From contig CM059432.1 in the NCBI GenBank assembly GCA_030390025.1, positions 64,482,001 to 64,546,000 on the forward strand: DNA of 64,000 nucleotides, in the 5' to 3' direction. The notes under the pieces were generated by a model, which searched no databases, had not been told where the DNA came from, and worked only from the letters and a program-made list of their open reading frames with translations. A program made the position numbers and the translations under genes. Shown here one piece after another: positions 1 through 10,854 of this stretch. Each line of letters starts with the position of its first letter. Positions within the stretch are counted from its first letter, which is position 1. The DNA comes from Squalus acanthias (taxonomy: Eukaryota).

Positions 1-1176
1 GCTCAGTTAGACGACATAACCAAATACTTTGTGAAATACAATCATTACTGTGCTGCTGTGGCCAAGGAAATGTCATTTGTGGAAACCGACTGCCCAGGGT
101 TGAATATAGGAGATATTTTAATGGACAGGTATTTTGGAGTTTTACTTCATTAATTTTGGGTTTAATGAGAAATTATGCAGAACTTTCTTTAAGGCAACAA
201 AATAAGTGGGTTGAAGACATGATAGACTAAAATGTACATGGACGGTGAAAGGACTAAGATTGATCGGGAGTAACTCCCCTTTCCTGTTTTTTCCATCCAT
301 CAAGGTATTTTGACTCCCAACTGCACAATGTAGCCCATTGATCTGTTTATGTTATAGTATTTTTTCATTTCATTATAATATTGATATACTGTCAGCATTT
401 GTGCAAAAGCCATCAATTTTTCCAAGTGTAAACGGCCTGTGAACTTACAGCATGACAAATTTATTACAGTGCTTTATGTGGTTCTTGGGAGAAAACTATT
501 GCAATTCTAAATCAAAGTAGGCTTTTAAACAAAGGTATTGATCAAATCCTCTAGGTGTACCTATCAAGTAAGATTTACCCCCCAGAACCTTTATTAAGAG
601 TTGTTGTAAACAGTTTTCAGCACTTAGCTATGGAAGTTTAAAGGAGGAGAAAATTCTAGGAGGAATACTTTTTGTTTAAAGTACCCCCCTAATTTGTATT
701 AAAAAAATATACAGTTATGAAAATATGTGTTGTCTTTTAAAAAATGACAAATTATCCTGCCCTGATGGAGATGCGCATTTCAAGGAGAAAGAGCAATGCA
801 CCCTCGAGCAAGTTTGCAATATCTCGGAGCAAATCTAGGTCGATAAAATCCTGGAAACTGTGCTACAAGAGAAGTAGCACCCCAATATCAAGGATCACTC
901 TTAAGATTCTTTTACAATGGTGCTTTTCTTTTGGATTGGATTGTAAGAGAGTGCTGTCCATTTACCAGCTCCCTGCATTCACATTGCTAAAAATGGCTCC
1001 CTTATCCCAATAGCAGAATTGTATTAGAGCCAAAAAATAATACTGTAATAGGATTGGGCGGAGTCAACACGGATTTATGAAAGGGAAATCATGTTTGACA
1101 AACCTGCTCGCTTTCCACATTTGCATTGCTAAAACTGGCTCCCTTATCTCAAAGACAGAATATTGATCCACCTCTT

Positions 1177-2487
1177 TAAGAACATAAGAACATAAGAAAT
1201 AGGAGCAGGAGTAGACCATTTGGCCCTTCGAGCCTGCTCCGCCATTCAATAAGATCATGGCTGATCTTCTACCTCATCTCCACTTTCCTGCACTATCCCC
1301 ATATCTCTTGATGCCCTTAATATTCAAAAATCTATCGATCTCTGTCTTGAATATACTCAATGACTGAGCCTCCACAGTCCTCTGAGGTAGAGAATTCCAA
1401 AAGATTCACCACCCTCTGAGTGAAGAAATTTCTCCTCATCTCAGTCCTAAATGGCCGACCCCTTATTCAGAGACTGTGACCCCTGGTTCTAGACTCCCCA
1501 GCCAGGGAAACATCCTCCCCGCATCTACCCTGTCAAGCCCTGTAAGAATTTTGTATGTTTCAATGAGATCACATCTCATTCTTCTAAACTCTAGAGAATA
1601 TAGGCCTAGTCTACTCAATCTGTCTTCATAGGACAATCCCCCCATAAAGAAACCAGTCTGGTGAACCTTCGTTGCACTCCCTCTATGGCAAGTATATCCT
1701 TCCTTAGGTAAGGAGACCAAAACTGTACACAGTACTCCAGGTGTGGTCTCACCAGGGCCCTATATAATTGCAGTAAGACGTCTTTACTCTTATACTCAAA
1801 TCCTCTTGTAATAGAGGCCAACATACCATTTGCTTTCCTAATTGCTTGCTGTACCTGCATGTTAACTTTAACTTTCAATGATTCGTGTACAAGGACACCC
1901 AGATCCCTCTGAATACCAACATTTCCCAAAATCTCACCATTTAAAAAATATTCTGCTTTTCTATTTTTCCTACCAAAGTGGATAACTTCACATTTCTCCA
2001 CATTATATTCCATTTGCCATGTTCTTGCCCACTCACATAGCCTGTCTATATCCCCTTGAAGTCTCCTTGCATCCTCCTCACAACTTAAATTCCCACCCAG
2101 CTTTGTATCATCAGCAAACTTGGATATTACATTTGGTCCCCTCATCCAAATCATTGATGTAGATTGTGAATAGCTGAGGTCCAAGCACTGATCCTTGCGG
2201 TACCCCACTAGTTGCAGTATGCCAACCCGAAAATGACCCGTTTATTCCTACTCTCTGTTTTCTGTCTGTTAACCAATTCTCAATCCATGCTAGTATATTA
2301 CCTCCAATCCCATGAGCCCTAATTTTGTTTAATAACCTCTTGTGTGGCACCTTATCGAATGCCTTCTGAAAATCCAAATACACTGGTTCCCCCTTATCTA
2401 TTCTGCTAGTTACAACCTCAAAAAACTCTAACAGATTTGTCAAACATGATTTCCCTTTCATAAATGCATGTTGACTCTGCCCAATCC
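1177..2487 (-). mobile_element. CR1 LINE, 5'-truncated, RT C-terminal part plus 3' end with (TTCTTATG)n-type tail
   Basis: ORFs 2111..2461, 1615..2208 and 1463..1720 encode frameshifted CR1 RT ([35 protein letters not shown]); aagaacat repeats at the 3' end. Confidence 0.93.
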
Positions 2488-2949
2488 TAATTATTATTTG
2501 TGGCTCTAATACAATTCTGCTAAATTAGGAGAAGGGCCTTTCCAATGAATATAATTTACAAGAATTTGCAGACACATTTGACAATGTTCTTTAATGTGAT
2601 TTTTAAAGAAAAATGAGGTTCATTGAGCGACTGGCAAATTAGCCGTCTGCATTGAAGCATGGTTTGATGAAGGGTGATTAAATATGGAGAAGGCTTTGTC
2701 TTGAGGATGGTGACAAAAGAAGTTCTGCAGGAATCTTTTTGGGGATCGCAGTTAAAGAACATTGTCAAATGTGTCTGCAAATTTTGTAATTATATTCATT
2801 GGAAAGGCCCTTCTCCTGATTTAAATATTTCCTCAAAGAATTATTGGGGCCCGATTTTCCTCCTCCCGCTCCACCTGAAGTGCATTCCCTCGATACAATG
2901 TGAACCCGCCTATATTTTCAGGATCAGACATTAGCATAGACCCAATGTA

Positions 2950-3409
2950 CCACGGATAATGAAGCGGTCCGTGCCCGCATGCAGCAAGACACCATCTAGG
3001 ACAAAGCAGCCCACTTGATTAGCACCCCATCCACCACCTTAAACATTCCACCACTGGTGCACCGTGTCTGCAGTGTGTACCATCTGCAAGATGCACTGCA
3101 GCAACTTGCTAAGGCTTCTTCAACTGTACTTCCCAAATGCACGACTTCTACTACCTAGAAGGACAAGAACAGCGGGCGCATAGGAACACCATCACCTCCA
3201 AGTTCCCCACCAAGTCACACACCATCCTGATCATTGTTCCTTCATCGTCGCTGGTTCAAAATACTGGAACTCCCTCCTTAACAGCACTGTGGGAGTACCT
3301 TCACCACACGGACTGCAGTGGTTCAAGAAGGTGGCTCACCACCTCCTTCTCAAGGGAAATTACGGATGGGCAATAAATGTGGGCCTTGCCAGCGATGCCC
3401 ACATCCTGT
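2950..3409 (+). mobile_element. LINE family B (CR1/L2-group non-LTR element) 3' fragment with an internal deletion
   Basis: Homologous to 41763-42866 and to the reverse complement of 30999-31800; ends with gggcaataaatg...gatgcccacatcc. Confidence 0.85.
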
Positions 3410-4307
3410 AAAGTTGCTGCAGTGCATCTTGTAGATGGTACACACTGCAGCCACGGTACGCCGGTGGTGGAGGGAGTAAATGTTTATGGTGGTAGATGGG
3501 GTGCCAATCAAGCGGGCTGCTTTGTCCTGGATGGTGTCGAGCTTCTTGAGTGTTGTTGGAGCTGCACTCATCCAAGCAAGTGGAGAGTATTCCATCACAC
3601 TCCTGACTTGTGCCTTGTAGATGGTGGAAAGGCTTTGGGGAGTCAGGAGGTGAGACACTCACCACAGAATACCCAGCCTCTGACCCACTCTTGTTGCCAA
3701 AGAACTTATGTGGCTGGGCCAGTTAAGTTTCTGGTCAATGGTGACTCCCAGGATGTTGATGGTGGCAGATTTATCAATGGTAATGCCATTGAATGTCAAG
3801 GGGATGTGGTTAGACTTTCTCTTGTTGGAGATGGTCATTTCCTGGCCCTTATAAGGCGCGAATGTTACTTGTCACTTATCAGCCCAAGCCTGAATGTTGT
3901 CCAGGTCTTTCTGCATGTGGACATGAACAGCTTCATTATCTGAGGAGTTGGGAATGGAACTGAGCACTGTGCAATCATCAGCGAACATCCCCACTTCTGA
4001 CCTTATGATGGAGGGAAGAACGTTAATGAAGCAGATGAAAATGGTAGGACCTAGGACACTGCCCTGAGGAACTCCTGCAGCGAGGCACTAGGGCTGTGTG
4101 ATTGGCCTTCAACAACCACAGCTATCTTCCTTCGTGCTAGGTATGACTCCAGTCAGTGAAAAGTTATCCCCCTGATTCCCATTGACTTCAATTTTATTAG
4201 GACTCCTTGATGCCACACTCGGTCAAATGCTGCCTTGATGTCAAGGGCAGTCACTGTCACCTCACCTCTGGAATTCTGCTCTTTTGCCCATGTTTGGACC
4301 AAGGCTG
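3410..4307 (-). mobile_element. LINE family B, RT part of the element interrupted by the CR1 at 4308-8475
   Basis: Encodes ALDIKAAFDRVWH and MEYSPLAW...QDKAARLIG; colinear with 31300-32180. Confidence 0.9.
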
Positions 4308-4540
4308 TAAGAACATAAGAACATAAGAAATAGGAGCAGGAGTAGGCTAATTGGCCCCTCGAGCCTGCTCCGCCATTCAATAAGATCATGGCTGATCTGA
4401 TCCTAACCGCCAATCTACTATCACAGAACCATCTCCTGAACCTAACAGAATTGGACACACAAAATAGGAGCAGGATCAGGCTACACGGTCCCTGGGCCCG
4501 CTACGCTACCCACAGGGCCATGACCGATCTGAACCTAGAC

Positions 4541-7340
4541 TCATGTCCAAATTCCTGCCCGCTCCCCGTAACCCGTAATTCCCTTTACTTCTAGGAAACT
4601 GTCTATTTCTGTTTTAAATTTATGTAATGATGTAGCTTCTACAGCTTTTTGGGGCAGCATATTCCATGGACCTACCACCCTCTGAGTGAAGTAGTTCATT
4701 CTCATCTCATTTTTGAAAGTGCAGCCCCTTATTCTAAGACTATGCCCCTAGTTCTAGTTTCACCCATCATCGGGAACATCCTCCCGGCATCCACCCGATC
4801 CAACCCCTTCACAACCTTATATGTTTCAATAAGATCGCCTCTCATTCTTCTGAACTCCAATGAGTAGAGTCCCAATCTACCCAACCTCTCCTCATATGTC
4901 CATCCCCTCATCTCCGGGATTAACTGAGTGAACCTTCTTTGTACTGCCTCGAGAGCAAGTATGTCTTTTCTTAAGTATGGACACCAAAACTGTATGCAGT
5001 ATTCCAGGTGCGGTCTCACCAATACCTTGTACAACTGAAGCAATACCTCCCTATTTTTATATTCTATCCCCTAGCAATGAAAGCCAACATTCCATTGGCC
5101 TTCTTAATCACTTGCTGCACCTGCATACTAACCTTTTGAGTTTCATGCACCAGGAGCCCCAGATCCCTTTGTACTTCAGTACTTTCCAGTTTCTTGCCAT
5201 TAAGATAATAACTTGCTCTACTATTTTTCCTGCCAAAGTGCATAACCTCACACTTTCCAGTATTGTATTCCATCTGCCAAATCTCTGCCCACTTACTTAG
5301 CCTGTCTATGTCCCCTTGCAGATTTTTTATGTCCTCCTCACTCACTACTTTCCCTCCCATCTTAGTATCATCTGCAAACTTTGATATGTTACACTCGGTC
5401 CCCTCCTCCAAATCGTTAATATAGATTGTAAAGAGTTGGGAACCCAGCAGTGACCCCTGCGGAACACCACTAGTTACTGATTGCCAGTCTGAGAATGAAC
5501 CATTTATCCCAACTCTCTGCCTTCTGTTAGATAGCCAATCCTCTATCCATGCCAGAATATTACCCCCAATCCCGTGATTTTTTATCTTAAGCAATAATGT
5601 TTTGTGTGGCACCTTGTCAAATGCCTTTTGGAAGTCTAAATACACTACGTCCACTGGTTCCCCTTTATCCACCCTGTATGTTACTTCCTCAAAGAACTCC
5701 AGCAAATTTGTCAAACATGACTTCCCCTTCATAAAACCATGCTGACTTTGTCCTATTAAATTATGATTATCCAAATGTCCCGTTACTGTCTCCTTAATAA
5801 TGGACTCCAAAATTTTACCGACCACAGATGTTAGGCTAACCGGTCTATAGTTTCCAGCCTTCTGTCTACTGCCCTTTTTAAATAAGGGTGTTACATTAGC
5901 AGTTTTCCAGTCTGCTGGGATCTTTGCTGAGTCCAGGGAGTTTTGGAAAATTATTACCAATGCATCCACAATCCCTACCGTCACTTCCCTCAAGACCTTA
6001 GGATGTAAGCTATCAGGTCCAGGTGATTTATCCGCCTTGAGTCCCATTATTTTACCGAGTACCACTTCCTTAGTGATTTTGATCGTGTTTAGCTCCTCCC
6101 CCCCTATAGCCCCCTGTTTGTCCAGTGTTGGGATATTCTTAGTGTCCTCTACTGTAAAGACTGATACAAAATATTCATTCAGTGTATTTGCCATCTCCAT
6201 ATTTCCCACCATTAATTTCTCGGTCTCATCCTCTAAGGGACCAACATTTACTTTAGCCACCCTTTTTCTGTTTATATAACTATAAAAACCCTTACTATCT
6301 GTTTTTATATTTTTTGCTAATTTACTTTCATAATCTATCTTCCCTTTCTTAATCAATCTTTTTGTTATTTTTTGCTGTCTTTTAAAGTTTTCCAAATCCT
6401 CTATCCACCCACTAGATTTGGCTACCTTATAAGCCCTTGTTTTTAGTTGAATACTATCCTTAATTTCTTTAGTTAGCCACGGATGACTGTCTTTTCTTTT
6501 ACACCCTTTTCTTCTCAGTGGAATATATATTTTTTGGAAGTTGTAAAATAACTCCTTAAATGTACACCACTGATCATGTATCGTCTTACCCTTTAATCTA
6601 TTTTCCCAATCCACTCTACTCAATTCCGCTCGCATACCTTCATAGTCTCCTTTATTCAAGCTTAGCACGCTTGTTTGAGATCCAACCTTCTCACCCTCTA
6701 ATTGAATATGGAATTCAACCATGTTATGGTTACTCATTCTAAGGGGATCCTTTACTAGGACATTTTTAATTAATCCTGTCTCGTTACACAGGACCAGATC
6801 TAAGGTTGCTTGCCCCCTGGTCGGTTCAGTTACATACTGCTCAAGAAACCCATCCCTAATACACTCAATTAACTCATCCTCAAGGCAGCCCTGCCCAATT
6901 TGATTTGTCCAATTAATATGATAGTTAAAATCCCCCATAATTATAGATGTTCCCTTATTACAAGCCTCAACTATTTCCTGATTGATACTCCGTCCAACAG
7001 AGTTGCAACTGTTCGGAGGCCTATAGACTACGCCCACTAGTGTTTTTTTCCCCTTATTATTCCTTATCTCCACCCAAACTGTTTCATTATCCTGATCTTT
7101 TGACCCAATATCATTTCTCTGTATTACAGTGATTCCTTCCTTTATTAACATAGCCACCCCACCTCCCCTTCCTTCCTGCCTGTCCTTCCTGATCGTTAAA
7201 TAACCTGGTATGTTTAATTCCCAGGCATTGTCACCCTGCAGCCATGTTTCTGTAATAGCCACAAGATCATACCCATATGTAGTTATTTGTGCCATTAACT
7301 CATCTATTTTGTTACGAATGCTACGTGCATTCAGATAGAG
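4541..7340 (-). pseudogene. CR1 ORF2 (APE endonuclease + reverse transcriptase), frameshifted near 5070 and 4746
   Basis: LYLNARSIRNK, ITETW, YRPP, GDFN (EN); KSPGPD, NYRPVSLTS, DFQKAFD, GVPQGS, FADD (RT); 743-aa open stretch at 5064..7295. Confidence 0.93.
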
Positions 7341-7526
7341 ATTTCAAATATGTTTTGTGACACTTAGTTCCTGCTTTTGCCCTTTTTATTACTTTACCTT
7401 TTACTCCATACCTTCTGCCCCTTTCTGACACACTCTGGTTTTTAATTTCCCCACTGCTACCTAAGTCTATGACCTTCTCTGTTGTCATTTTTATTATTTG
7501 CTCTCTAGGAATCTCCCCCCGACTAG

Positions 7527-8471
7527 TTAATTTAAAGCCCTCTCTACCGCCCTAGTTATATGATCCGCCAGGACTCTAGTCCCAGCACTGGCCAAGTGAA
7601 GCCCGTCCCAACGGAACAGCTCCCTCCTGCCCCAGTACTGGTGCCAGTGTCCCAGGAAGCAAAACCCATTTCTCCCACACCAGTCTTTGAGCCACTCATT
7701 TAACTCTCTAATTTTATTTGTCCTAGCCAAATTCGCTCGTGGCTCAGGTAATAATCCAGAGATTATTACCCTTGAGGTTCTGTTTTTCAATTTGACCTCT
7801 AGCTGCTCATACTCCTTTAACAGAAGCGGCTTCCTTGTCCTATCTACGTCATTTGTACCAACATGGACCACGACAACTGGATCCACCCCCTCCCACTGCA
7901 AGTTTCTTTCCAGCCCAGAGGAGATGTCCTTAACCCTGGCACCGGGCAGGCAACACAGCCTACGGGACTCTCGCTCTCGGCTGCAGAGAACTCTATCTAT
8001 CCCCCTAATAATACTATCCCCTACCACTACAACATTTCTATTTACTCCCCCCTCTTGAATGGCCCCCCGTTCCACGGTGCTGTGGCCAGGTTGCTCATCC
8101 TCCCTGCAGTCCCTGCTCCTGTCCCCACAGGGAGTAAGAACCTCGAACCTGTTGGACAAGAGCAAGGGATGCAGCTCCTCCAACACTACCTCCTGGATCC
8201 CCATACCTGCCTCACTCGTAGTCACACCATCCTGTCCCTGACCATGGGCTACATCTGAATTAATTAACTTCATAGGTGTGACCACCTCCTGAAACACAGA
8301 GTCCAGGTACTTCTCCCCCTCCCTGATGTGTCGCCGTGTCTGAAGCTCAGACTCCAGCTCGTCAACACGGAGCTGGAGTTCCTGTAGCAGCAGACACTTG
8401 TCACAGATGTAATCACCGTGAGCCTCAATGGGGTCCACTGGCTCCCACATCTCGCAACAGTAACACATCAC
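7527..8471 (-). CDS. CR1 ORF1 protein: Cys-rich zinc-finger-like N-terminus, coiled coil, SGNH/GDSL esterase-like domain
   Basis: 314-aa open frame: CYCCEMW...YICDKC, LQELQLRVDELESEL, VVVGDSII, PGAR, VHVGTND, DGLHL. Confidence 0.88.
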   Translation of the reverse strand: MMCYCCEMWEPVDPIEAHGDYICDKCLLLQELQLRVDELESELQTRRHIREGEKYLDSVFQEVVTPMKLINSDVAHGQGQDGVTTSEAGMGIQEVVLEELHPLLLSNRFEVLTPCGDRSRDCREDEQPGHSTVERGAIQEGGVNRNVVVVGDSIIRGIDRVLCSRERESRRLCCLPGARVKDISSGLERNLQWEGVDPVVVVHVGTNDVDRTRKPLLLKEYEQLEVKLKNRTSRVIISGLLPEPRANLARTNKIRELNEWLKDWCGRNGFCFLGHWHQYWGRRELFRWDGLHLASAGTRVLADHITRAVERALN

Positions 8472-8475
8472 CTGC

Positions 8476-10467
8476 TAATGAGGTCTGTAGCCAAGTGGTC
8501 CTGGCAGAACCCAAACTGAGCATCGCTGAGCAGGTTATTGGTGAGTAAGTGCCACTTGATAACACTGTCAATGACACCTTCCATCACTTTGCTGATGATT
8601 GAGAAGAGACTGATGGGGCGGTAATTGGCTGGATTGGATTTGTCTTGCTCTTCGGGGACAGGACATACCTAGACAATTTTCCTCTTTGTCGAGTAGATGC
8701 CAGTGTTTAGCTGTACTGGAATAGCTTGCTAGAGGCATGGCTAGTTCTGGAGCACAAGTCTTCTGCACGACAGCCGGGATGTTGTCTGGGCCCATAGACT
8801 TTGCTGTATCCAGTGCGCTCAGCCGTTTCTTGATATCACATGGAGTGAATCGAATTGGCTGAAGACTGGTTTCTGTGATGTAGGGACCTCAGGAGGAGGC
8901 CGATATTGATCATCCACTCGGCATTTCTGGCTGAAGATGATTGTAAATGCTTCATCCTTGTCTTTTGCACTCACGTGCTGGGCTCCACCATCATTGAGGA
9001 TGGGGATATTCATGGAGCCTCCTCCTCCTGTTAGTTGTTTAATTGTCCACCACCATTCACGACTGGATGTGGCAGGACTGCAGAGCTTTGATCTGATCTG
9101 TTGGTTGTGTGAGCGCTTAGCTCTGACTGTAGCATACTGCTTCCGTTGTTTAGCATGCATGCAGTCCTGTGTTGTAGCTTCACCAGGTTGGCACCTCATT
9201 TTTAAGTACGCCTGGTGCTGCTCCTGGCATGCTCTTCTGCACTCCTCATTGAACCAGGGTTGGTCCCCTGGCTTGATGGTAATGGTAGAGTGAGGAATAT
9301 GTCGGACCATGATGTCACAGATTGTGATGGAATACAATTCTGCTGCTGCTGATGGCCCACAGCGCCTCAGGATGTCTAGTCATGAGCTGTTAGGTCTGTC
9401 TGAATAATCTCATTTAGCATGGTGGTCATGCCACATAACATGACAGCAGGCGACCTCTGTGTGAAGATGTGACTTCATCTCCACAAGACTGTGCGGTGGT
9501 CACTGCTACCAATACTATATTGGACGGGTGCATCTGCGACTCGTAGATCGGTGAGGCCGAGGTCAAGTAGGTTTTTCCCTCGTGTTGGTTCTCTCACCAC
9601 CTGCCACAGGCCCAGACTGGCCGCTATGTACTTCAGGACTCGGCCAGCTCGGTCAGTATTGTTGCTACTGAGCCACTCTTGGTGATGAACATTGAGTTTC
9701 CCTACCCAGAGTATTTTCTGTGCCCTTGCTACCCTCAGTGCTTCTTCCAAGTGGTGTTCAACATGGAGGAGTACTGATTCATCAGCTGAGGGAGGGCGGT
9801 AGGTGGTAATCAGCAGGAGGTTTCCTTGCTCATGTTTGACCTGATGCCATGAGACTTCATGGTGTCTGGAGTCAATCCCTCCAGGCTGTATACCCCTGTG
9901 CTGCCATCTCTGCTGGCCCAGTCCTGCTGGTGTAACAGGACATACCCAGGGATGGTGATGGAGGAGTCTGGGACTTTGGCTGACAGGTATGATTCTGTGT
10001 ATATGACTATGTCAGGCTGTTGCTTGACTAGTCTGTGGGACAGCTCTCCCAATTTTGGCACAAGTCCCCAGATGTTAGTGAGGAGGACTTTGCAGGGTCG
10101 ACTAGGGTGGGTGTGCCTTTGTCGTGTCTGAATCTGATGCTGGGTGGTCCGTCCAGTTTTATTCTTATTATTGTTTTTTGTAGCGGTTCGTTACAACTGT
10201 GGGTTTTGAGTCACATATAGGCCAGACCAGGTAAGGGCGGCAGATTTCCTTCCCTAAAGACATTAGTGAACCAGATGGGTTTTTATGACAATCAAGTAGT
10301 TTCATGGTCACTATTACTGATACCAGCTTTTTATTCCAGATTTATTTCATTAATTGAATTTGAATACCGCAACTGCCGTGGTGGGATTTGAATTAATGCC
10401 TCCGGATCATTAGTCCAGGCCTCTGGATTACTAGTCCAGTAACATAACCATTATGCTGCCGTACCCC
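8476..10467 (-). mobile_element. LINE family B 5' part: tRNA-derived head, short leader, endonuclease and linker region; no ORF1
   Basis: Frameshifted peptides LLTNIWGLVPKLGEL, DIVIYTESYL, SSDHRTV, PWFNEECRRA, MGPDNIP; colinear with 32180-33552. Confidence 0.88.
10375..10467 (-). promoter_or_regulatory. tRNA-derived internal Pol III promoter (A box CAGCATAATGG, decayed B box ATTCAAATCC) at the 5' end of the family-B LINE
   Basis: Minus strand GGGGTACGGCAGCATAATGGTTATGTTA-CTGGA CTAGTAA TCCAG-AGGC-CTGGA CTAATGA TCCGG-...TTCAAATCCC; second copy at 52960-53055 has consensus boxes. Confidence 0.75.
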
Positions 10468-10854
10468 ATATATAATTGATTAACACATCCATTAAAATAG
10501 CAGACAGATCAATGTAATTCAAACCCATTAAGCATTTGTCTGTTAATTAAACTAACAGTAAATTCTAGTTGTACATGAATATATGAATACATTCAGACCT
10601 GCGGAATGAATGAACTTTGCATAGTCCAATTGCATAAAACTATGCAAGGTGCCGCTACCAGTATGGATTTGAATATTAACAGACAACACAATTTTGTGAA
10701 TATTGTTCGATTATTCAATTAGTGAAATTCAATCCTGTTTGAAATATATAAACACAGAGGATTATTCATGTAAATTCATGACTTTACAAGTTGCTTTTGG
10801 CAAGGTGATTAAAGTATCAGCAGTACTTCCAAACTTGTACTGCACAGAGAGATT

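Larger units (their letters stand above)
4308..8475 (-). mobile_element. Near full-length CR1 LINE (ORF1 + ORF2 + 3' UTR), lacking its 5' UTR, nested in a family-B LINE
   Basis: ORF1 at 7527..8471, ORF2 ~7340-4541, aagaacat tail; host LINE sequence rejoins across the insertion (compare 32170-32200). Confidence 0.95.

Noticed and set aside
3377..3943. 188-aa ORF antisense to the family-B LINE, with similar ORFs at 31440 and 42016
   Set aside because: Antisense shadow of RT codon usage; boundaries differ between copies and there is no independent sign of coding.
10375..10467. Possible functional tRNA gene
   Set aside because: It has two anticodon-like arms, no convincing acceptor stem, no downstream T-run terminator, and is embedded in a retroelement.
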